64,000 nucleotides of DNA from Octopus sinensis (lineage: Eukaryota): NCBI RefSeq assembly GCF_006345805.1, contig NC_043000.1, positions 121,334,001 to 121,398,000 on the forward strand. The letters are read 5' to 3'. The notes under the pieces are model-generated. The model ran no database searches and had not been told where the DNA came from. It saw only the letters and a program-made list of their open reading frames with translations. This document shows, piece by piece, positions 27,315 through 41,317 of this stretch. The translations under genes were made by a program, and so were the position numbers. Each line of letters opens with the position of its first letter. Within the stretch, counting starts at the first letter, position 1.

Positions 27315-27639
27315 ACTCTGCAATGCACATGTAAAAAGCTATATAAAGCCTATTTATTATGCCTTTTCTTGTATATGACTCTGTGAAATCATATATGCTA
27401 ACTTGGTAATGAAACTATGAATTAACAAAGTCGAGCGTTGACGGACTTCAACATCAGATCTCGCCTTAGGATAACCTAGAGGTATATAAAAATCAAGAAA
27501 CTTCTTGTTAACGTAGTAAATATGTATTAGCAGGGAGCTTAAGACGTATCTTGCCCGGATTAATGATTCCCTGTTAGTGACTCTCCATTTCTCCCTTCCT
27601 CTCTCTGCATATATATATATATATAATATATATATATAT

Positions 27640-27865
27640 ATATGATTGATCGGTAGCCACTACACATGATACGGCATGATAGATCGCTAGCCACTACACA
27701 TTCATTATTTTCTCTCTTTATTTCTTTCTGAGTTCCTTTCTATGGAAGAGCGTAGGGTCGAAACATTAAAGACTTTGTCACTTCTACTAATATTAATGCA
27801 TCTGTTTGTTGTCTACACCACCTATCTTCGTCTTTTGTGGGTTTTTTTGTGAATTCTCCCTATAT
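27640..27865 (+). mobile_element. Family E repeat with degenerate HHR at 27736-27771
   Basis: CTTT-CTATGGA-A-GAGC-gtag-GGTC-GAAA-CA-TT-AAAG; homologous to 15420-15605; TA runs on both sides. Confidence 0.55.
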
Positions 27866-28208
27866 ATAAAATATATAGTTTACTTACAGCTTGTTATTAA
27901 CAATAACTCACGTTAATATAGAAGGAAAATGTAGTACTCGTTGTGAGCTATTTTTGAAATAATGTTATTATGGAGGCAACGCAGGCAAAGTCTAAAATAA
28001 CATAATTGAAATACGAATCCAAAACTTATATAAATACATATATTCTCTATAAAATGGAAATAAAATTCCAAAATACATAAATACATATAAATAGACAATA
28101 GCGATACAATGCATAAAACACGATTGAATTTAAACAAAAACGACTATTTAAGAAAATATTTGTAAATATATTTCAAGTCGTACATTTTATATATATATAT
28201 TATATATA

Positions 28209-28266
<58 letters not shown>

Positions 28267-28612
28267 GTCGGAAAAAACAAAGTGACCCAAGAACCGAGAG
28301 TTTCGCGCATTAGCATTTATCAATCTCATTACAGGTCGAGAGGTCGTGACTTTATACACTGGGGAAAATATTATTTCCCTAGGTTCTTCTAGAACAAATT
28401 ATAAAAATAATTACGATGTCACGTGAATAATTCATATTTTTCAAAAGTTTGTTCAAAAGTTTGTTCACTACATGCAACAATAAATAAAGAAAATGGAGAA
28501 AATGTGTGTACTTATACACAAACAAATGCGAGCACTGATTGATTGAATACAATGTCTTTATACGCATACATATACACGTATACAAATGTGTAAGTATATA
28601 GTTATACATGTA

Positions 28613-28668
<56 letters not shown>

Positions 28669-28715
28669 ATATATTTATATATATATATGTACATGCATAC
28701 ATATATATATATATA

Positions 28716-28752
<37 letters not shown>

Positions 28753-29096
28753 TGTCGGAAAAAACAAAGTGACCCAAGAACCGAGAGTTTCGCGCATTAG
28801 CATTTATCAATCTCATTACAGGTCGAGAGGTCGTGACTTTATACACTGGGGAAAATATTATTTCCCTAGGTTCTTCTAGAACAAATTATAAAAATAATTA
28901 CGATGTCACGTGAATAATTCATATTTTTCAAAAGTTTGTTCAAAAGTTTGTTCACTACATGCAACAATAAATAAAGAAAATGGAGAAAATGTGTGTACTT
29001 ATACACAAACAAAAGCGAGCACTGATTGATTGAATACAATGTCTTTATACGCATACATATACACGTATACAAATGTGTAAGTATATAGTTATACAT

Positions 29097-29164
<68 letters not shown>

Positions 29165-29235
29165 ATATATTATATATATATATGTACATGCATACATATA
29201 TATAATATATATATATATATATATACATATATATA
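28267..29235. repeat. Near-identical 487-bp tandem duplication
   Basis: gtcggaaaaaacaaagtgacc starts at 28267 and again at 28754; the ORF track gives near-identical peptides for both copies. Confidence 0.95.
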
Positions 29236-29636
29236 CATATATATATGAGTGTGCACACATACACATATACAGAAATGTACAAATACCCACACATAAAAAT
29301 ACACACAAGGACGCGCGCACAGATATAGATATACACACACGTTTAAAGAACTTCCTTATGTATTTATCTATATGTTTGTTTATTTACCATTTATGTAGTT
29401 ACTTATTGAACGGCATAACGAGCAAACTATTTGAAAAATATCAATTATCCACATGACATTTTAATTTTTTTATAATGTGTTCCAGAACTATCCAGGGAAT
29501 TACTATTGTCACTGGTATATAATTTCACAACCTCTCGATCTGTAACTAGTTTCATAAACGAAACGTTCGTCACTTGAGTCACTGTATTACTTCTACTAAA
29601 TATTAAGGTATAAAAACTTATAGATATATATATGTA

Positions 29637-30894
29637 CGAGGGGCGTTCAATAAGTAATTCCCCTGACCCACTTCCCATACCAGTAGAGCAACGGAACTTG
29701 ACACAGTTATTGGTCTTTTTCTACCATCGTTTGATCCAGCTCTGGAGACCGTTTTTGTAAAAGACCCCAGTTTGGTCCTCCATCCACGACGTGACTTTAG
29801 AAATCAAGGCTGCATCATCTGGGAAATGTTTTCCTTTCAAAAACAACTTCATGGCTGGATAGAGGTGAAAATCAGAGGGTGCAAGGTCAGGAGAGTAGGG
29901 GTGGGGGAGGAGTTCATAGCCGCACGCCTGTGCTTCTGATCTGGCGACACGCGAGTTGTGGACCGGAGCGTTGTCCTGCAGGAGAAGGATGCCTTCGCTG
30001 ACTTGCCCCGCCTCTTGATTTTGATAGCTTCTCTTAATTTCATCAAAAGTGAAGCATAACAGGCTTCTGTAATTGTGATACCTTTTGCCAGGAAATCTGT
30101 CATCACTACTCCGTCCTGGTCCCAGAAGACTGTGAGCATGACCTTGCCAGCAGAGGGCTGCACACTTGCCTTCTTTGGAGGAGGTGAGTCATGGTGCTTC
30201 CACTGCATTGACTGGGCTTTGGTCTCTGGATCATAGTGATGGACAAGATTTCATCCTGTGTAATCAGTCTTTAGAAAAATTTTGACTCATCTTCTTGGTA
30301 CGTCTCCAAATTCATCCTCGAGCACTCGACGCGTTCTTGCTTCTGGAAAGGTGTGAGCAACCTTGGAATCCATCTGGCAGACACCTTTTGCATATGCAAA
30401 TGGTCATGAATGATAGTTTCCCACTGACCCGGTACTGATCTTGACCTCATGGGCTATTTGGCGAATAGTTATGCGTCGATCTTCCAAAATGGCAGCCTCA
30501 ACTTGACAGACAGATGCCTCATCAATGGCAGAAGAGGGTCGACCAGATCTGGGAGCTGTTTCCACAGAGTTCCGACCATGTTTGAATTCACGATGCCAGC
30601 GTTTTACAAGGTCATATGATGGGGCATCATCACCATAAGTTACTTTCATTTCATCAAAAGTCTCCCGTGGTGTGCCTCCTTTTAAATACAAAAACCGGAT
30701 AACTGCTCGACACTCAACAGGCTCCATTTCACACTTGACTCAGTTCAAACACCTGTAAATCAGAAACCATAATGATGTCAGAGCTGTAATTTGCCACCTA
30801 ATCCATAGAGATATAAGCAATTGCACATGCAAAATTTCAACTAGATCAAACACCTGGAAGTGGGTCAGAGGGATTACGTATTGAACGTCCCTCG
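29637..30894 (-). mobile_element. Near-full-length mariner (DD34D-type) transposon, 1258 bp
   Basis: ~39-bp TIRs cgaggggcgttcaataagtaattcccctgacccacttcc and ggaagtgggtcagagggattacgtattgaacgtccctcg; TA target-site duplication at 29635-36 and 30895-96. Confidence 0.95.
29715..30727 (-). pseudogene. Mariner transposase pseudogene
   Basis: MEPVECRAVIRFLYLKG (HTH), PRSGRP, KVSARWIPRLL, ITQDE, GKVMLTVFWD, LLQDNAPVH, PYSPDLAPSDFHL. Frameshifts near 30420, 30245 and 30000, plus an in-frame TAA near 30272. Confidence 0.95.
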
Positions 30895-30935
30895 TACTCA
30901 TGTTCAATCTTTCTGGATTGCATCACCAAAAGTTT

Positions 30936-30993
<58 letters not shown>

Positions 30994-31109
30994 TACATAT
31001 ATACTAGCTGACATATCCAGTAATTCCTGGGAAAGCGGGGCTTATCCCTTGGTTCCGTTCTCATAATTTTGCTAATCCAATAACTACTTTACAAAGTATG
31101 TGGCACTTA

Positions 31110-31362
31110 AAACGAGAACTTTCTTACACAGGATCTTGTTTTTAGGAATTCCCAGCTTGGTTGCAGGAGCTGCCGGAAGAGTGTCTAGTCGAACACTAAT
31201 CCACCTACGGGGCTCCACTCCGGATTTCTTTGAATGTTGTCTCCTTTCCGTAATCCTGGATAGGGGCCCATACCGAGTGCTGTCAGCCGGAGCCAGCTGA
31301 GCCCGGGTCTCGTGTCAGGCAGGGTCGTCACTCCCTGAAGTAGTGACGAAAATCGCTACCCA
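31110..31362 (-). mobile_element. Probable RTE-clade LINE 5' UTR fragment
   Basis: GC-rich. Minus strand aaatccggagtggagcccc...cttccggcagctcctgcaaccaagctgg resembles RTE/BovB-type 5' UTRs (recognised from memory, not searched). Confidence 0.5.
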
Positions 31363-31439
31363 CTACCTACCTACACATACATACATACATACATACCTAC
31401 ATACATATATACATACATACATACATACATACATGTAAA

Positions 31440-31546
31440 CAAAAACACCCTATTGTTGGTGATGAAATTCCAATGAAGGAGTCTTAGATCTAGACTAGAA
31501 ACCGGTTCTTTGACTATTGGCAAGAAATTTTGAAATAAAACTGAAC
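31440..31546 (+). repeat. Short (TATG)n-associated interspersed repeat
   Basis: Reverse-complement homologue at 40105-40195 (ttcagttttatttcaagatttctt...aaccggtttcta). Confidence 0.6.
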
Positions 31547-31937
31547 AGTTACATATATATACATAGATACCATACATACATAGGTTATGTATAATAACTT
31601 AGTTGGCAAAAAAATATATGATCATTTCTTTTTAATGCCATTCCATTTTAGATACTTTACTTAGCATTACATTTTACAATGTTATGAACAATTATAGAAC
31701 TGTAATTACAGAAAACGTAGGTATAAAATAATAGAATTTATCTAACTTTTCATCGTTTTCAAATACAGTGTTCATGTACCAGAGTCTTTCTTTCTACGCG
31801 CGTTATTCAATGGGTTATACTGTACCCTTATGCATATCAAATGGAATCTATCAACACGTATTTCCGATTCTACTTTCACGGACAGTGAAATATGTGCTCG
31901 CATACAAATACACGCACATTTACACACGTGGAAACAT

Positions 31938-31971
<34 letters not shown>

Positions 31972-33299
31972 TTATAAGGAGATATGATATATAAGAAGAA
32001 CATATATCGTGAGGGGAAGGCCTTGGCCATGCCTCTTTATGAAGTTTCGTTGATGATTGTGATGAAGAGAAAAGCCTCTTTATGCAGCATACCTATCAGT
32101 AATACCTTTAGCAGAGTGAACTGCGATATAGGTTCCAATGATCGGCTGACAATATTAAATGTCCAAATGCTTTAACAACTGTTCATAAATAGAAACTCTA
32201 GTCAAATTGTTCTTTTTTTATATTTTCGTGTATTATTTTAAATGAAGAATGAATAAATGCAGCGTCACAAGAACGTAGATCTTGACAAAGAAAACATGTT
32301 ATTTCGAATGTAGACTGTTTGTAAAATTTAATATTAGAAATTTATGAAAATACTCACAATGATTGAAATAATCATAATGAAATAACTGCATTAAGTATTG
32401 TGTTTCTCACAGATAGAAAACAACAAATTAATTTGATTCGATAATTTATTCAGATTCGTAAGTGTGCGTACATCCTTAAATTCAAGTTGGGAATATGTTT
32501 CAGCACGGATATTGTTTCCACATGATAAAGTTTAATATATCGGCAACCAGTTTAATAATCAAATTTGATATTAAAACATATCGTTGTACTTAATATATAC
32601 TTTGGGATATATACGACAAACTAAATTATGTCCCTTTCATTTTAGCCGTTTCATTTTTTTCTCTAGTTTCAGCTCAGAGATATGGCCATGCTGATGCACC
32701 GCCGTTTTGCTACACTGTTATTACTAAGAGCCTCCTCTAATATGTGGCACTTGGTGAAGCATGGAGTTTGATATAGCTACCCTCATTTGCAATATTTTTA
32801 GATAATCAATATTATGTTGAGAAGAGAAGAGTCTTACTCATTAACTGCGTATCCGAGATAACGGTTTAATTTAAGTCTTTAACCTTTTCCAAATTTATAG
32901 AGGAACAGACCTAGCAATATTTCATATGTTTCATACTTATTTATATAACAATACATCTTCCAAAGTTTGACTGTAAATTAGTGACACGGACCTCAATTAA
33001 ACTCTGCCTATTTAGTGAATCAACTTAATCATACTTCTTCAGCAAGTAAACCCATAAATAATTTCATTGTATTTGACGCACATGTTTAAATTTCTTAAGA
33101 GATTCACTTCCTCCATCTATTACTCACTTATTGATTTTGATCGTGGTATAGCTGAGATTTAAAATGCATTAAACTCGAAATACATCTTTACATATCTTAA
33201 GTAATATATCTCTAATATACATACATACATGTATAAATATATACATATGTATGTATGTATGTATGTATGTAGGTAGTTATGTATGTATGTGTGTGTATG

Positions 33300-33352
<53 letters not shown>

Positions 33353-33471
33353 TATATATTCCTCTATTTACATAATATCGAGGTCTCTTTCTTTTGTTGT
33401 CTCACCATTTTCATATTATATATATATATATATGTATATATATGTATACGTATATATATGAATATGTATAT

Positions 33472-33536
<65 letters not shown>

Positions 33537-34334
33537 TATATATATATACCTACATATATACATACATACTCACACATTAATAAGTAAGATCATCATTCAT
33601 ATTTATATTACTAAAATTCAACGATACGCCTGGGCGTCCTCCATGATTCGTATTCATATTTTTTTCTTAAAATTTTGTTTTCATATTTCCGTGATTAATT
33701 TTTAAGAAATGGTAGCTTGTTGCCTTATAGTGATATGCATTAGCAAACTGTTTTGTATATTTTCACGATCTGTCTAACGTAATTAATGTAATTTTTAAAT
33801 AAATGTACAGATATTTCGTTTGTTTGTTTGCATTAGTTTACTGTTTGTTTTTAACATCGTCATGACTAGTTATTAATTATACTTCAATCTTAAAAGAGAA
33901 TTTTCTCATTTATTGTCATATGTAGTACATAAATATTTTGTACACGAACAAAACAAACCCTCAGTTTGGTATAGATATAATGAACAAATTAATAAACGCA
34001 TTCTATAAAAATAAATTAAAGTCTGGTGCGAGACTACCGAACCATGACAAGGTCTTTCGTTAGTTTATGACTTGTTTAAAATGCAGATAGAGCGTGTTTC
34101 CCCACTAAACTGGATGGCAAAAAGCGGGGGTATGTCAGTCATCTGCCGCACGTACATTTCAATGGAAAGTACCAAATGGTAGTTCATTCTCAGGAATCAA
34201 GAATGCTGTAAAGTCGGTATGTCTACACACGTATGCGTATATACATAGACACATACAGGCAGACACAGACACTCACACATACACACGCACACATATATAT
34301 AATGCACACATGCATTATTTGTTCCTTCTGGAAC

Positions 34335-34580
34335 CACGCCAGGCACATTAAGGCCGCTTTCCCGGTTTCGTTGGCGTATAGGTTCCCCTCCTGGACGGAA
34401 CGCCGGTACGTCCCAGGTGAGCTGAAAGATGCAGGAGGAAAGAGTGAGAGAAAGTTGTGGCGAAAGAATCAGTAGAAGTTCGCCGGAGCTGCGTAGAGCT
34501 TAGTATTTCGCTCATAAACACACACAATACCCGGTCTGAGATTCGAACCCGCTATCTCTCAACCACGAGTCCGCTACCCT
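34335..34580 (-). mobile_element. SINE family C copy, 5'-eroded
   Basis: Colinear with 22036-22321 (cgctcataaacacacacaatacccggtctgagattcgaaccc). Confidence 0.8.
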
Positions 34581-34665
<85 letters not shown>

Positions 34666-34796
34666 GGGTAAAATTAATTAATCAATTAATAATTAATAAT
34701 TTTGCCAAGTAGTTCAGTATGCTAAAAGAAACATTATCGGTAAACTTATATAAAAGTTCTATAATTATGCTCATAATTATAGAATTTATATATATA

Positions 34797-34992
34797 AAAA
34801 TGTGACCGTGTGTGTACCGTTGGCGATTTTTTTTCCTCTGTCTTCCCTTCTCTGGATCTTTCCTTCACCTATGTCTCCGACGAAGAGCTCCGCTCGAAAC
34901 GTTAAATCCACTTTCTTTCCTTCTTTCCTGAGCGTCCAATAATACTATATTTGTTCCAGGTCCTCTCGTTGTTGTGTTTTTTTGTGCTTTCT
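34797..34992 (+). mobile_element. Family F ~210-bp (TA)n-embedded repeat with HHR at 34873-34907
   Basis: CCGACGA(34877-83)-A-GAGC-tcc-GCTC-GAAA-CG-TT-AAA; near-identical to 41106-41318 and 63853-64000. Confidence 0.8.
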
Positions 34993-36126
34993 TATATATA
35001 TATATATACGTATATAAACCTACACAAATATATATATATTAAATTTGGGGAATATCATTATGGCAATAAGAAACGCATACACTGCCTGAATTATTCATTT
35101 TGTAAACCATTTAATCGATTCAGTAAGCGATTGCAAACGTAATCGTTCGTCACACACACAATTGGCTGGGATTGTCAGAATTCTTTCTTTACCATTCACG
35201 GCCTCATTATTGATACGGCCGCGAAACTCCAGGGCTATTTGTCTTTTAGTTTTAGGTTTTAATATTTATATTCACAATATGAATGAGAATGTGAGCCAGA
35301 AAGAAACAGACGTGGACGTGTGTTCACGTGCACGCACATATGCTTTCTCTCGTACATTTAAAGAATCACCAATCTGCACCCTGTGTGTGAACACTTGTGT
35401 GAAGCCTTGATCCTTTGAATGGTGCGAGTGGTTGAACGTTTTCGTTTTTCAGCGTTCGGTGTCTCTTTCTCTTCGAATAACCTTTTTGTAAGTAGGTGTT
35501 GGCTTCGGTGTGGCCTTGCGTGTATGGACACTGGAATCCAGTATTATTTTTTTTCACATTGTGAGATGGTGGAGATCATATTACAATTTTATCACTTCTC
35601 ATTATTCGTCCTGATATACGAGGAAGACATAGAATTTATTATAAGAGAATGCAGAATTTATCAACCAACGTGCTTATATTTCACACACGTAAATGCCAAA
35701 CAGAAAAAAAATAACACAGAAAATACAAACACACACACGTTGACACACACACACACACACACACACATGCACACAAATATCTACTTCAGATATGGCTGTG
35801 AACAGGCTATAATACACCTAGCCCAGATTTCTAGAAAAATATTACAAGACTTTAGTTTAATAACAATACATTGGTGTATATATGTGCATGTATGTATATG
35901 TGTGTATGTGTGAGTGTATGTATTGTATATACTTTTATCTGCATCGCGCATATGTTATTTCCACACTATCACATAACACTTAGTAACGAGAACATTGCCA
36001 ATGCAAAATTAAGACAACTTATTGTCCTGTAAAAACCGTAATATATATACTTCGTCGTATACAATGCTTGTAGCAGGAAATACTGTGACTTTGTCAGTAA
36101 TTAATATTAATGTATAATGTATAGAA

Positions 36127-36330
36127 GGCTGCGAGCAGGCAGAAGCATACGAACACCGAATGTAATGCTTAGCAGTATTTCGTCTGTCTTTATCCTCTGA
36201 GTTCAAACTCCGTCGAGATCGACTTTGCATTTCATCCTCTCGCGGTCGATGTGTACTGGGGTATATCTAATCGACTGGCACCCATCCCCCAAAATTTCGA
36301 GCCTTGTACCTAGAGTAGAGAAGAATATTA
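36127..36330 (+). mobile_element. SINE family A copy
   Basis: aatgcttagcagtatttcgtctgtctttatcctctgagttcaaactccgtcgag. Confidence 0.8.
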
Positions 36331-36937
36331 ATGTATCAGAGGCGGCAAGCTGGCAAAAACGTTAGCACGCCATGCGAACCACATAGCACCTTTGCAAATA
36401 CTATAAACACTACATTTAAAAGAGGTGTCTCAAAAATTCAATCACCACTACAAGTCAACTTCAGGACACTTGACCATTTAACATCCTACTACTATCATGA
36501 CACTCACGCATTCTTTTTCGTCTTCTCCACCTCCTCCACTTCCTTCTCCTCCTTATCCCCCTCCTTCTCCTTCTCATTCTTCTTCTTCTTCTTCTTCTTC
36601 TCTTCTTCTTCTTTTTCTTATTTTCTCCTTTTCTTCTTCTTCTTTCTCTACTTCCTCTTCTTCTTCTCTATCAAGAATTCCCAACGACCTCAACCCCACA
36701 AAATGTTGTTGATTCCTATCCTGGCTCAGAATTCTACAGAACATCTGTAGAGATCAAGTTAACGATTTATATTATATATTGTTTGAAATATTCTTACCAC
36801 GTTTTGTTTCATCATAGTTCAACATTTCAAACCTTCTTCCTAATTGCTAGGATGTGTCCTTAAAGATTCCTCACTTAATATTATTTATCCACTGAGAAAA
36901 AATTGCATACAAACACGTTATAATACTACGTTATTCA

Positions 36938-37074
36938 GGGTGCAGGCATAGCTGTGTAGTTACAAGCCCGATTTCCAACCACATGGTTAGCACATTGTGC
37001 AAGTGTCATCTACTATATAGATTGGGCCGACCAAAGCCTTGCAAGTTCATTTGGTAGACGGAAATTGAAAGAAC

Positions 37075-37151
<77 letters not shown>

Positions 37152-37330
37152 TGAGTTTGTCCCACTCCATCACTTGACAACCGATGTTGGTGTGTTTACG
37201 TACCCGTAACTTAGTGGTTCGGCAGAAGGGACCGATAGAATAAGTACTAAGCTAACAAAAAGTCCTGGCGTCGATTTCTTTGACTAAAGCTGGTGCTCCA
37301 GTATGGTCGCAGATATATGACTGAAATACA
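36938..37330 (+). mobile_element. SINE family B copy with internal (TA)n(TG)n
   Basis: gggccgaccaaagccttg...ttggtagacggaaa...cttgacaaccgatgttggtgtgtttacg...ccgatagaataagtact. Confidence 0.85.
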
Positions 37331-37836
37331 TTTAAAAAATGAACTTGTTCTCCTGACAAATCAACAAGGACACAAAACTCCTGTTGGCTAAAGCACACGT
37401 AGCTCAATTTGATATGGTCTGATACGGCTCTTATTAATTGGAATAACACCTCTCGCTGACTGGTTGGTCGCTGCATAGTTTTAAAAGTTCGCTTTCCCTC
37501 CAAACTGTTCTTATATAAGAAGATGCTCGGCTCAGGAACTAAACGTAACGTCTAGAGAAGATGAGATTTAATGACCTATGATCAGATACACCAATGCATT
37601 GTATTATCAGATCGGTCTTCTTCCTTAAGTATAGCATTAAACTACTTGTTATAAAATATGTGTGAATAATATTGGGTGTCTTTCCATTATACTCTTCTGT
37701 TAACCAATACCTTTTGTGTAGAGTTTGGTAGACAGAAACACTCTTTCTTTCTCCCGTCTTTCTCTGTCTATCTAACTATACATCTATCTATTTTATATAC
37801 ATATATATATCTACATACACATACACATGTGTGTGC

Positions 37837-37873
<37 letters not shown>

Positions 37874-37889
37874 CATATATGTGTGTGTG

Positions 37890-37923
<34 letters not shown>

Positions 37924-38196
37924 GGTATATATTGACAGCTTCTTACCTAATATATATTTATATACATGTAAATATATATATATGTGTGTGTGTATTTATA
38001 TGTATACATACATGTATACATATATGTGTGTGTGTGTGTGTATATATATAACATGTATACATACATATATATATATGTATATATACATGTATATATATAT
38101 GCATATATATGTATGCTTGCATGTATGTGTATATAATTATATATATACATATGCATATAAAATTTCTTACATGGTTCACGCATACTCTCACACACA

Positions 38197-38278
<82 letters not shown>

Positions 38279-38325
38279 TAGATATAGATTTATATACATA
38301 TATAAGCGTGCATCATATATATATT

Positions 38326-38362
<37 letters not shown>

Positions 38363-40419
38363 GTGGTTGTGTGTATGTGTGTGTGTTTGTGTTGGATTTG
38401 TGTGTGTATGTGAGGTTTTTTCGAGCTGCTGAGTAGTTTATCTGAGAGTATACGTACGTGTTGGTGCGTAGACGTCACTGTTTCTATATGTCTTCTAAAA
38501 TCACTGTTCTTTTTGCTGCACCTCTTTATGACCGGTAACAAGCAGCTCGACGAATAAAGAACGGTAAAATATGGAGTAGCCGAATATAATTGCTGGATTC
38601 CTAAGATCAATATGATCGACCAAAGCAATGCTGTAGCATGGCCACTGTCTTATAGCTAACCATTAAAAGAATGTATTCGTCTGCCGACATAAATATGTTT
38701 TATGCAATAGCATTCGTTCAATAATGATTTATTGTATTCGCCATCTATAGTATAAACAATACAATATAAGAAAACTTCTAAATTGAAATTGCAGCATCAC
38801 AGCAATAATCTACATTCTGTCAAAGATCGAATCGAAAGTTTCATTGTTTTAAAAAAGCTATTGTTTGAGTAGAGAAAAAAAAATCTATTAAAACAAAATG
38901 TCTAACTGAAAAGTTACATGGAATTGATTAGTTCATACAAGGCTGGAACATGTCAGAAACAAGCCATCTTCACTCCTCAGGCTCTCACTCACTTTCCCTT
39001 TCATTCTTTTCCCATACTGCTGTCTCCGTCACACACACAGACACACATACGCTCATTGCTTATCTATATCATAACCGTATCTCTGCAGTTTCTTCTTAAT
39101 ATCAATTCTTCAATAAATACCATTCCACGTTCTCATTCTTCGCATCAGCCTTCTCCTAATTTTCCAATCTAACTTTCTCCGTTATATCACTCTATTTCTC
39201 GTTTATCTCTGTTACATTTGCTCTTTTTCCATTTCTTTTACAACACTTTTTTCTAATAAATCTTCATCCACTGAGGTCTACTTTCACTCAATTCCGTTAT
39301 TCGACTGCTGCGTCATATTATGACCTTTCTTATCTATCCTCACGCTACTTCTCTAAATGTCTTACCACATTTTCGCGACGGCTCTTTCTCCAACACTCCT
39401 TCATTTAATCTTTTACTAATTCTTAAGCTGCTTTTCTTTTCCTCGGGTTTTTATTTGCTACTTAGTCACATTTTTATTTTTCACTTTCACTTTCAATATT
39501 GAACGGTTCTTTTCTCCTTCTTCTCTTTATCTGTCTAACCCTTGTATCTAACTATTCTTTTCACTTCTTTCCAATTGTTCTTTCTCGCTCATACATCCAC
39601 TCCCTCCCCCTCATTCTTACCATCTTAATTCAACTCATATACATCCATTTTCTCCAATATTTGCTGACGTTATGCAACCTTTAGTTATTTTCAACTTCGA
39701 TTTGCACAAGACGATAACATGACGGTGTCAAATGCCTGTATCGACGAATGTAAATGCCATTGCGAAGAATCCATTTATGGACCAAATATATTGATCCTTA
39801 CTATTAAATTCGATTTTTGTTTTGCTGAAAGCCCACCGGAATGAACAAATGGAACGTTATAAAATGAAACAACTTATATTGATAACGTATAAACAAACAA
39901 GGTATTTCTGCTGGTGTTAATGTCAGCAAGTAGGTCTACCTACATAATGGTTTATCTCTAGTAGCTATCGTTAGAGAAGAATACAATTATTCACTCTTGT
40001 AGGAACATATGTAAATACCCAGGCGCACAAAAGCAGTGATGTATAGTTTATATGCTAGATAAATATGTATGTATGTATGTATGTATGTATGTGCATATGC
40101 CATTATTCAGTTTTATTTCAAGATTTCTTACCAATAAAGAACCGGTTTCTAATGCAGATCCAAGGCTACTTCATTGAAATTTCAGGGTAGTTTTGTTTGT
40201 ATGTATGTACATAGGTATAGGTGCAGATTTATACGTTTAGCTTTAAGTATTATCATGTATATAGTTGCATATCTAGACATGCTCATATATATTTAAATAA
40301 CTTTGTTGAATGTTTTACAGATTTTTACAGTTCCAGTGATGGGTTGTATCTGTTGTCTTCAAATTCGATTTTTCCTTTCTGGTTTTGAGAAATCTAATTT
40401 CTGTTATTGACTAACCAGG

Positions 40420-40960
40420 TCCCACGAAGCTATAGTGTATGACACCTGCGCTGGATCACCAAACAGGCACCTTTAGCTTTCTTTAGTGAATGTTCTTTTT
40501 TGGATTGTATTTTCATCACACGTAACGATACAAAAATGTCTCGCTTTTATGCCTTGACCACAAACTACAGCAAGTTTCAAGACGGCGTTTCATTTGCTAC
40601 TCGTTCACTTCGTGTGGTATCCATTGTCTTGCTTCTTTGCCTTGCCGATTTGTTTCAGGTAGTCCAATACAGTTGGAATCGAAACATCAAAACTTACTGC
40701 TAACTCACGCGTAGTTTGAGATGTATCCACTTCAACTAGTTTCCAACTCCTCACTATCCACCTCGGTCTCAAGTCTACGAGGGGACTAATATTCAAGAGT
40801 AAAACACAACACAGGAACTACTGAAACCATCAACGTACAGTACACTCATTCACCACATCTACATCAAACACCCCATCGCTGCTTCGAGCTGAGATACATT
40901 GGTTCCACGACGGAAGTCATATTCATGAATAAAAACTCACAATATAATCAGACAACAAGA
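40420..40960 (-). pseudogene. Degenerate mariner transposase N-terminal remnant
   Basis: VEVDTSQTTRELAVSFDVSIPTVLDYLKQIGKAKK matches the mariner second HTH. Confidence 0.75.
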
Positions 40961-41105
40961 ATTCATTTCGAAAAGTGATGATGTAACTCTTCAATATTGT
41001 ATAACAACGAATTGTCAGGATAAAACATTAGTTAACGAGTGTCAAATTTAGTGTATAAGAAAATTGGACATTTCATTCTTAATAACCTGATATATATATA
41101 TATTC

Positions 41106-41317
41106 AAAATGTGACCGTGTGTGTACCGTTGGCGATTTTTTTTCCTCTGTCTTCCCTTCTCTGGATCTTTCCTTCTCCTATGTTTCCGACGAAGAGCTCC
41201 GCTGGAAACGTTAAACCCTCATTATTTCCTTCTTTCCTGAGCGTCCAATAATACTATATTTGTTCCACCTCCTCGCGTTGTTGTATTTCTTTGTGCTTTC
41301 TTGTTTGGATTAACTAA

